A DNA stretch of 63,062 nt, the filler included, from Asterionella formosa (taxonomy: Eukaryota), in the NCBI GenBank assembly GCA_002256025.1. It is 5 parts of 5 records of this genome, joined end to end, with 100 filler letters (N's around TTAATTAATTAA, not from the genome) between each part and the next. Parts side by side here need not be neighbours in the genome. Positions count along the whole stretch, not along the records: positions 28,760 to 57,386 come from NKIB01001171.1; 4 more parts are not named here. One strand, written 5' to 3'. Below, piece after piece: positions 36,860 through 46,079 of the stretch. The notes below the pieces were generated by a model, which saw nothing but the letters and a program-made list of their open reading frames with translations, was not told the origin of the DNA and searched no databases. A program made the position numbers and the translations under genes. Numbering within the stretch: the first letter of the stretch is position 1; each line of letters opens with the position of its first letter.

Positions 36860-38626
36860 ATGCGGTCTATCCTCCTGCACATCGCAGCCGTTGCTGCCTT
36901 GGTTCTCTGCAATAGTAGTTGTGTCGTCAATGCGTTTCCATCTGGCGCTGGAAGTTGTGCAGCAGGCAACAATGCAGTTGCGGATCTTCATTTAACAACA
37001 AGCACAGTCGTCACTGGTCCTCTGGCGCAGGGGGGCTTCTCGGTTTCCCTTGGGGGAGTTACTCTCGTGCCTGGGAGCGCCACTACCTTTCCAATCAGCA
37101 CTGCCACTACCTTGACCATTACAAGTTCTACCAAGCCTTTCAAGGGATTCCTCATGCGACTCGGAGAAACAGGAACTGCAATGACAGATAATGCATTGAC
37201 ATCAACTAGCCCAGATGTTAAGGTAGCAAGTGTCTGCACAAACATTGAAAGCGTCGGAGGGGTCACGCAGACTTCCGATAGTGAAAAGACCACCATTTCC
37301 GCTACACTAAAACATAACCCCTCAGCTTCCATGTTGCCTTTAGATGTTACCATTGTGGTTACAAACAATGAGGACGTGAGTGAGTATTACTACACCCAAT
37401 ACTTTTTGACTGCCACGAATTCTGTTCCAGCGACCGTACCAATAGCATCACCAACTATTGCACCAGTGGTAGCCAAAGCATTTGCTCCAACAACACCACC
37501 CAAAGTTTTAGCACCAGTGATCACTTCAATATCACTATCATCATTTATCAGTCCAGGTGCAGACTTAACTCCAGTTCCTACTAAAGTGACCGCGCGAGTT
37601 TCTGCTCCAAGTCCAGCTCCCGCGCTGTCTCCAAAAACACCATCAACTCCTGCACCACCAGTGGTAGCGCCAGTGACTGCTCCAATAACACCACCAGGGT
37701 TTTCTCCATCATCATTCATCAGTCCAGCTACAGATTTTACTCCAGTTCCTACTAAAGTGACCGCGCGAGTTTCTGCTCCAAGTCCAGCTCCCGTGCTGTC
37801 TCCAAAAACACCATCAACTCCTGCACCACCAGTGATTGCGCCAGTGATTGCTCCAATAACACCACCAGGGTTTTCTCCATCATCGTTCATCAGTCCTGCT
37901 GCATATTCTACTCAGGTGCCGGCTCCAGTTCGTGTTGCAATGCCAACTCCCGTTCTGGATCCAGTTCCTGTTCCTGTTCCGGTGCCCTCTCCGGTTCCTA
38001 CTCCAGTTTCTGGTCCCATAACATCTGCAGTTCCTACTCCTGCGGCATCCCCGTTGGTCGCTCCAATAACACCACCAGGGTTTTCCCCATCATCATTCAT
38101 CACTCCTGCTGCAGATTCTACTCTGGTGCCAGCTCCAGTTGGTGTTCCAGTGCCCGCTCCCATTCCTACTCCATTTCCTGGTCCTAAAACATCTCCAGTT
38201 CCTACTCCAGTGGCATTCCCATTGGTCGCTCCAATAACACTATCAGGGTCTTCTCAATCATCATTCATCAGTCCTGCTGCAGATTCTACTATGGTGCCGG
38301 CTCCATCACCTGCTCCAGTGCCCGCTCCATCACCTGCTCCGACACCCGCTCCAGTTCGTATTCCAGTATCTGCTTCATCCCTTTCTCCAGCGTCAGCTCC
38401 CGTTTCTGCTCTAGTTCGCATTCCAGTGTCGTCTTCAGCGCATGCTCCAGTTCCTACTCCAGTGCACACTCCAGTTCGCGTTTCAGGTGGCATTTCAGTT
38501 CGCATTCCAGTACCTACTACTCCAGTGCCCGCTCAAGTACCTTCTCCAGTGCCTGTTGCATTATCAAAAGTCAAAGGGGATAGTAAGGGGGAAAAGAAAG
38601 AAAAGTGGTGGTGGAATGCATGGTAG
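36860..38626 (+). CDS. Secreted Reeler-like domain protein with Pro/Ala/Ser/Thr-rich repeat stalk
   Basis: Signal peptide then FPSGAGSC, PFKGFLMRL and GGVTQTSDSEK (Reeler-like); ~390-aa PAST-rich region with a 57-aa tandem duplication; ends KVKGDSKGEKKEKWWWNAW. Confidence 0.8.
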   Translation: MRSILLHIAAVAALVLCNSSCVVNAFPSGAGSCAAGNNAVADLHLTTSTVVTGPLAQGGFSVSLGGVTLVPGSATTFPISTATTLTITSSTKPFKGFLMRLGETGTAMTDNALTSTSPDVKVASVCTNIESVGGVTQTSDSEKTTISATLKHNPSASMLPLDVTIVVTNNEDVSEYYYTQYFLTATNSVPATVPIASPTIAPVVAKAFAPTTPPKVLAPVITSISLSSFISPGADLTPVPTKVTARVSAPSPAPALSPKTPSTPAPPVVAPVTAPITPPGFSPSSFISPATDFTPVPTKVTARVSAPSPAPVLSPKTPSTPAPPVIAPVIAPITPPGFSPSSFISPAAYSTQVPAPVRVAMPTPVLDPVPVPVPVPSPVPTPVSGPITSAVPTPAASPLVAPITPPGFSPSSFITPAADSTLVPAPVGVPVPAPIPTPFPGPKTSPVPTPVAFPLVAPITLSGSSQSSFISPAADSTMVPAPSPAPVPAPSPAPTPAPVRIPVSASSLSPASAPVSALVRIPVSSSAHAPVPTPVHTPVRVSGGISVRIPVPTTPVPAQVPSPVPVALSKVKGDSKGEKKEKWWWNAW

Positions 38627-39129
38627 AAAGATGTTGTAGACATCCTCTTGCCATGGCAAATGAAAAAGCAGCCCTCCTTTGTCGTTGCGGTGGTTGCGTG
38701 TATTCATGATACTTCATAATTCAAATTTGGGTGTCTAGCAAATGAAATTTATGAACAAGCAACAAAAGGACTTTGCTATATCAAATAACCGGTAAGCCAT
38801 TATACCAGTAGACTAGGTACCGGTAGAGTCCATTTGCCTATGAAAATATTTTACGTGTGGATTGATATAGAGCGACGCTAGTAGATCAAGTACCAGCAAC
38901 CTGGAACTATTATAAATAAATTATTGATTCCATACTAGTATATGAGCACTTGTTTTGTGAATAGACTCCACTGTCATGACCATCTTTTTGGAGTCGTGGA
39001 TAAAAAGTTCAAGGCAATTTGGAGGCAATTTAACTTTAATTAAATGTTTTCTAGGCTAAGAAAATCACCATCCTGACAAAAAAACTTATGAAAAAGTATT
39101 TTGACCTAATAATGACTTAAAATTGTTTA

Positions 39130-40800
39130 TTGAATTTGTTCATACATTTCGCAGAACATTTGCAAGACACACTGCAACCATGCTTTTCCTTAAAGCATTC
39201 ACAAGCATTTGTGCATTCTTTCAGACACCTACACCTTTGTTTTGACTTGCTATCTTGAGGATAACACAAAGCATGAGCTTGCTGCATACTCATTTTTCTA
39301 TAATTTTCACAAGCGAAAGTTCCATCAAGTAGTCTATCATGGCTTGTCTCTTTTCATTCAATTATGGTGAAATGACTGCCTCATTTGGATGTAAAATGTA
39401 TCTTTCTTGAGGGATAAAGTAAATCTTCTCATTTCTCCCTTTTCCAGAACATATAATGCCATGATCAGTTACTGTTTGTATTTCTCGTCCAAGTTCATTT
39501 GTAGATAGGGAGAAGACAATGGCAGGAATTCCATGTGTGTTGCTTACATCCCTGTAGTCCATTTTGAATGTAACTATAGACCCAATAATTGCCTTTTGCC
39601 TTGACTGCATATGTCTACCTTTCATGTATTTGCTTTGATCCTTCTGTCGTTGTGCTCTAAACATTTAACTACTCTTTCCATAGCATGTCTTGCACATCTA
39701 TTCTCATTCCCACGACGTAATATTCTTGCTACCATTTCATTTAGCATCAGTTCAACATCAAAATCCACTTGCTCATTATTCACTTGCTGTGTCATTGAAA
39801 CAGTATCATGTAGTTCACTTGGTAAGATCAATTCAGTATTGAATTGATCAACCATTTCCTTGAACATTGTTCATTTTTGGCCTGACCACATTGTCGGTTC
39901 AGAATTGAATTAACTTCTCCAAGGTATTTGGTCCAGTTTGGACGGAGTTTTCCCTTTTGAACTTCACTTGCAAGTTCACTGTTCATTACACATTTCACAA
40001 GTCTGTTGATGATTTCGACTGAACCCTGATCACTGGGCTTTCGGGTCCCACCAGTGACTGCTGTCAGTATTGTTTGATTCCACCTTTTCAACATACCAAC
40101 AAATTGTTCAGCTGTGAATTCAGAACCATTATCTGTGTGAAAGATATGCGGACATCCAATCAATCCAAAGAGTTTAATTCAAAGCAGAGATACTTTGCAT
40201 TTTTGTTTGGAATAGCTAATAAATAACATAAACCAGTGAAGTGATCCTTCACAACCATTATTCATTGTATTACCTGACCATAAACATTGCGTCCTCGTTC
40301 ATTGGCAAGATAATCAATTAAGTCGATTTGCATGCGATCACGGAATTTACCAGAATGTATAGGACATCGGGCTCCCTTAGATTTCGGAATTTGAGGATGC
40401 GCATGAATACACACAGGACACATACTGACAAATGAATTCACATGCTGTATTGTGATATTGTAAACATGACGCTTAACCTCTCTCCATGTAACAGATGATT
40501 TCAAGTGACCAAGACTGTAGTGAGCATCATATATGGCATCAAACATTTCCTTGCGTCACAGAAGCTTTCTCCCCACATTCTCTCCTTCTTTCACACTGTC
40601 TCTCTCGAAAACATAAAGACTTTTATTAGATTTACTTCCACATCTTTCTTTGATCTCACTGTATACTTTTTACAAGTGAATAACCAATTCGATGTCGTCG
40701 GCGTATCTCTGGATAATTCCACTTTTCAAAAATATACACAACTTCATTGTATTCTTATCAGTCATGTTACATGATCTAGTTTTTCCTTTTCCTGTTGTGT
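39130..40800 (-). pseudogene. Ginger/GIN-like retroviral-type integrase, degenerate
   Basis: HHCC finger (DAHYSLGH..CPVC), RMQIDLIDY, VKDHFTG, IFHTDNGSEF, PSDQGSVE and a C-terminal Cys cluster (~39130-39240); no RT nearby. Confidence 0.8.
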
Positions 40801-42582
40801 TATACGCAATTTAATTGTATTTCTCATCAGTCATGATGTCACATGACCCTGCTTTTCCTGTTCCTGATGTGTTCTTTTACTTTGTTCCTGCTGCAATTCT
40901 TGCAGTCTTTTTTGTTGTTCTTGATTTAGCATTTTCGATCCTCTTTGCAGCCCATGTTGCAGTTGTTGTTCCGACTTCCGCTTTTGGAGTTTTTCCTGCT
41001 ACCGTTGCCTTTTCATTCTCCTTGTTGCAGCCGTTGCTCCAGTTTCCGCATCGACTGGAGTTCATTGCTCCAGTTTCCGCATTGACTGGAGTTGTACCTG
41101 TGTATGCCTTTTCATTCCTTGTTGCCGCCGTTTTTCCGGTTTCAGCAGAAGAAAGATACAGATGATTCGATTCCAGCTAAGAACAAAAAGCAACACTACG
41201 ATGAAAAGAAACAGACAAGTAATAAAAGTCCAGAGACCCTGATGAATGAGAAACAAATCGCCAGTCATAACAATCGGGATACAATCATAGAAGCACCAAG
41301 CACCACAGTATTTCACCAACAACAATACAAGGACAGGAATCTGCCTACCCTCAACAGCAATGCAAAGATGATCACGGTATCAACATCTGTCATCGATTCA
41401 GAACAGCAGGGGGTAACCACTGACACAAGGTAAACCGCCCTCGAGGACAATCACCACTCAGACAAGACAAGGAAACCAAGAATCAACAATAATCAGGCAA
41501 CAATGATGGCTGCACCCTCCTATAAACAGAAAGAAAACACATCATACAAAGAATTGATTACCAATCATGACGACAAGGATCACTGGACAACTGTTCTCTC
41601 TCCTAAGCGCAAATCAAAGGTGAATCAGACCACACTTATTAGACCTCCAGTACCATCCTTGGGAAGGGGTGGAGGCCTCACAACAATCTATCAGACTTAA
41701 GTAAGTCTAAGATGCACTTCCGATATGTCTTCAAAGTCTATCTTACTTAAATAAAATAAGAACAAGGAGTCTAATATGCCCCTGGGGGAGGGGGGGGGAT
41801 AGATTTCAACCTTCAAGGGAAAAAGACAGTGATGTAAGCTCATTCAACATCTCTCATCAACCTTCACAGATTCAGGAAGCCATTACAGCTCCAGTCTTTG
41901 AGAAGAAAGAAGGGAAAACCATTTCGATTGACAAAGAAACTATGGTACTAAATGACAACACCAGCTTAGTACAAACAAGAAATGCATTGGGTCAGGATAC
42001 ACCAGTAGCCATAGAAAATGGTGCAGAACAACAAGGCACACCGGATTCTTATGGAACGTTGAAAATAGGAAATCACAGTAAACAGTGCCAGTGACACATC
42101 TATTATGACGATCATGCAAGCTACTATAAAAGCAATGTTCGAAACAGGAAGAGATATCCATATCATCGCTCTAACAGTTCAGAATCAAACACCAATGATC
42201 ACAAAGAAGAATGGATGTGTCCCAGCTGCTGAAGAAATCGAATTGATCAGACAGTATATTCATGAGGGTATTATGACGAAAGAAGCATTTCATGGTATCC
42301 TCAGTATCAAAAGGCCATATCGCTGGATCTACTCACTCATGCAAAGATTAAAAAATTACATAATATGCACCCCTAAATTTGGCATGGAAATTCTACTACT
42401 ACCAAGAGTAAAAACAACTATGGCGCAGCTCACAATGACTTTTAGACCAAACAGTTCCAAGGCCAAAAAATTATCCTTCTTTATTCAACTTTACAAGTAC
42501 CGAAGTATTAACTCACCAACAACTCGTTTGTGACAATAAATATCGCATCTTGCAATCTAAGTTCAAACTGTGCGTTTACTCC

Positions 42583-42642
42583 ATGTAGCGGTGGCTTACA
42601 TTTCAAAAGTCGCCATAGCAGTGGCTTACAGTTTTTAACAGG
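42583..42642. mobile_element. Right TIR of the pogo-type MITE family
   Basis: tcaaaagtcgccatagcagtggcttacagtttttaacagg|ta matches 36579-36617. Confidence 0.7.
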
Positions 42643-43830
42643 TACTCAGTACCAGTCATGGTACTACCTTGTACCAGTACATGGTATACAAAACTCTCTG
42701 ACTGCCGCATGCAAGGAGGAATCCTTGAAAGAAATGGGCACATATCCACCATATCCCCTGAATCGATTTAAGATGGACTTGAACTTTTAAACTCATGTCA
42801 TGTCCCAAGCATATTGTTGTAAGTCACATTTTCCACAGGCAAAAATATCCATTCTTTTAATATTGTTGATTTAACAACTCCCTGCAATGGTGACATCACA
42901 TCTGTAAGAGATGACAAAAAGAGCGAGTCAGAGGCTGAAGTGATCCCACTCATGAATTCACCGAACCTTTTTGTTAGCTGCAAGGAAGGTTATCCTTTGT
43001 ACTAGTTCTTCTCGAGACATATGCTGGACATGCTCTTCTGTTCGAAGGCAATGATAGCATTGTTTCATGCTACAGATTCCTTTATGGCATGATGTTTCAA
43101 CCGGGGCATAATTAATTGGGTTTCTTTGTACATCACAGCTTCGAATATGCATGTCAAAAATATATGGAGAGATTTGTGTTGATCCATGTCTTTGGGCAAA
43201 AACAACAAGTTGTTTGACTATGTTGAGTATTTCTATTTTGGTCATGAGCTTTGTGTTATTGGTCTATGAGAACCTTTTTGCATGTACAAATTCTGACTCC
43301 AATATTTTGAAAGCTGTTGAAAAAGCCGATTAGACCAACTTTTTGAGGAGGATTGCTCTACATCTATTGGGCTTAGCGATGAATAAAATTGAACATGTAC
43401 CCTGTAATGTCAGGAGTTAACTTTGGAGAGAAGTGACAGCTATCCTCAAAAGATTTATTAAAAGCCTTGTAGCCCTTTTTTGGGATAGTTACGATTTCTA
43501 GGTGGATAACTGCCATTTCTCCCCAGAAAAGGGGTACTCACCATATCTGCATATAGATGAAACCCTTTAAGTCAAGCAGTAACTGTAACTAAGCATTTGC
43601 AAAGTGGACATATTGGTGAAAGGTAATTTTTCCTTTACCATTTTATTTAGTTGCACTTAATGTGTAGATTGAAGTACATCATAAAAGACCTCATAATTGT
43701 GTAACTGCAGGGCCACAACCTTGAATGCAGTATGTGGTACTCCCTATGGGCAAAAATGATCACATCATTTCTAACTTTTTTCCAAGGCCATTTTGACACC
43801 TAAAAGCGAAGGAAGCAATGGTGAAAATCA

Positions 43831-45477
43831 TTAGAAATACCAAAGAGAATAGGACTCATTGAGTAGAAGAAGGAGCCATATCACAAGTAATAAAACTGAG
43901 ATCCATATGAGAGACACTGCCAATCTTTGATGGTTCATAAATCTGACCATGATATCCCTTTGTTCATTTCTAGATATTTCTTCCTCAATCATTGTTTCAA
44001 TTTCTTTTTTCTTTTTAATGAATGAAATGATTTCATTGTATGCCATATATTTTGATCTTAGCATTTCTTCAACCTTATTATGGTTTCTGTCTATTACATC
44101 CCAAGCAATGAAGTTATCAAAAATTGAATAACCTGCCAGGACAATGCCCAGAATGGGAAGGAGAATAAGGAGTGGTGAGTAGTGCTGAGGCTGGTCATAG
44201 GTTGCAAAGGATGCTGCAGTACCAAACAGGAAAGAATGGCCTAAAATGATCCAAGAATAATGCATTCCTTCTACCTGCTGTACTAAATCTTCTTCCAAAT
44301 GTATGCTGTCAATACAAAGCAACCCAGTGATCATCCTAATCTCTGGAACCCATACACATTTTTCATATTCTTCTATATTTCGCTTGGAAGCTCGTATTGA
44401 ATCTTGGTAAAAGTGTCGAGCCTTCACATGGTCTTTGGCTATGTCTTGTCCAGTGCTAATTTCCATGCCATGTTCATAGATGATACCTAATTCAAAGAAG
44501 GCTTCTGCAATAAGAAGCTCTGTCCCTGCATCATGCAGAAATCCAATTCCCTTTAGAATATCCTTCTTAATGCCTCCAATACCATATATAAGAGCATGTC
44601 CATACAGATATTTGCAAAATGGGATCTTGTATCCCAAGGCACCAATTTTGAAGTACCAAACAGCTTCACGTTCACCTCTAACCAATGTATCCAACTTATC
44701 AATTCCTTCTGATCTCTGATTAGTTAGATTTGATCTTTGTTTAAAGATCCAAACAAGTTTATGAAATATATTTTGTCTGCGTGTTTTCTTCTCATCCAAA
44801 TAAATTGTGCATTTAATTCTGCCATAATGGGTCATGGCCATGGACCGAAAAAAGGTGTCTGTTGCAACTATGGATCCATTGCTACTCTCGTCAATGGAGA
44901 TTCTTGTATTCATCAAATCCCAACAATCTCTTGAAAAGTCTTTTGGTTCTTTAACTTCTTTCTGAATATATTCCTGAAGAATTTTCAAATAGTTTTTGTG
45001 TATTGATGTCTGTTCATCTTTGTTGCAACATGGAGCAGATATTGAGTCTCCTGGATTTGTAAACAACATGATTCTTCTGTCTCTATCTTGGTTCCAACCC
45101 TGGTGCTTGCATTCTGTGAATGGCCAGCAGACTCTGGGATCCAGGTCCAAACTCACTTTTGGCAACCCATCATTGTCAGTCTCATAAACTCCATTGACCT
45201 TAGGAGCAATCATATCTTCATGGAGCTTGGTAGTCGGAAAAACATCAACAAGCAGTGGGTCATCAGTTGCATAATTACTTGCAGCCATAATTGTAGCCAT
45301 ACTTGCCATCATACTTGCAGCCGTATTTGCGGCAGTATCTCCTTCTTTTGTTTCTTCAATACCGGATGTCTGGGAATCATCGTTGCTCTCTACATGTGCT
45401 CCTTCAAAACCGGATATGTCTGACTGGGAATCGTCAATGCGCTCTCCTTTTGTTTCTTCAATACCAGATGTGACTGA
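43831..45477 (-). CDS. SEL1-like repeat protein with C-terminal three-TM membrane domain (5' end uncertain)
   Basis: Open frame of more than 540 codons; SEL1-like repeats YLYGHALIYGIGGIKKDILKGIGFL and AFFELGIIYEHG..AKDHVKARHFY; hydrophobic helices WIILGHSFLFGTA, LLILLPILGIVLAGY and LAVSLIWISVLLLVIWLLLL. Confidence 0.7.
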   Translation of the reverse strand, partial: SVTSGIEETKGERIDDSQSDISGFEGAHVESNDDSQTSGIEETKEGDTAANTAASMMASMATIMAASNYATDDPLLVDVFPTTKLHEDMIAPKVNGVYETDNDGLPKVSLDLDPRVCWPFTECKHQGWNQDRDRRIMLFTNPGDSISAPCCNKDEQTSIHKNYLKILQEYIQKEVKEPKDFSRDCWDLMNTRISIDESSNGSIVATDTFFRSMAMTHYGRIKCTIYLDEKKTRRQNIFHKLVWIFKQRSNLTNQRSEGIDKLDTLVRGEREAVWYFKIGALGYKIPFCKYLYGHALIYGIGGIKKDILKGIGFLHDAGTELLIAEAFFELGIIYEHGMEISTGQDIAKDHVKARHFYQDSIRASKRNIEEYEKCVWVPEIRMITGLLCIDSIHLEEDLVQQVEGMHYSWIILGHSFLFGTAASFATYDQPQHYSPLLILLPILGIVLAGYSIFDNFIAWDVIDRNHNKVEEMLRSKYMAYNEIISFIKKKKEIETMIEEEISRNEQRDIMVRFMNHQRLAVSLIWISVLLLVIWLLLLLNESYSLWYF

Positions 45478-45481
45478 CTGC

Positions 45482-45673
45482 AAAGATGTATGGGGCATCA
45501 ATACCACCAATGACAGTGTACCCAATCGACTGCGTCGTATCCCTCAAAATCTTGGCATTTTCCAAATAGTAATCAATAAGGACATCAATCTTTTTCATAC
45601 CTTCTGGATCCAAAATTGCCAAACCACCTGATTGGACAATGTTGGATGCTCCATTAAAGGCATTTGTCATCAC
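45482..45673 (-). pseudogene. dapL: Fragment of LL-diaminopimelate aminotransferase
   Basis: MTNAFNGASNIVQSGGLAILDPEGMKKIDVLIDYYLENAKILRDTTQSIGYTVIGGIDAPYIF matches the FNGASN..Y.EN..GG..APY segment of DapL/AGD2; no other part of the enzyme was seen. Confidence 0.8.
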
Positions 45674-45887
45674 AAAACAATTCTAAACGCCTTTGGGGAA
45701 TCACTTTTGGATGAGAAACAACGGAGATCTTGAGCAACATGGTGAGGAGATTGAAGCAAACAAAACAGCGTGATGTTCATAGCAGCTATAGGGATAACGA
45801 TAATATTTTGTACCAGATCTACATGGGCTACTATATTTATTATTTCGATGCAACCAGCCATATAGGGATGACGCCCAGAGGCGTCTT

Positions 45888-45906
45888 CCCTAACCCTAAC
45901 CCTAAC
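45888..45906 (+). repeat. Interstitial telomere-like (CCCTAA)3
   Basis: ccctaaccctaaccctaac, with degenerate units at ~46007-46024. Confidence 0.6.
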
Positions 45907-46079
45907 TGTGCACTTCTACCGGTACATGTTTATGTCAATGAACAAAAATCCCATTCTTATACCAGTGTACATCCATCGGATTAGTCATACTGTGTGCTAC
46001 AGGCACCTGACCCCTCACCCTAACAGTTTCGTAAGTACAAAAAAATACAAATTGAACCTAATAAATACAACCATAATGA

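Noticed and set aside
37390..38505. Minus-strand Gly/Ala/Thr-rich ORFs
   Set aside because: Antisense shadows of the Pro-rich gene.
41000..43600. Short ORFs possibly from a LINE ORF1 or an unknown gene
   Set aside because: Fragmented, with no motif I can assign with confidence.
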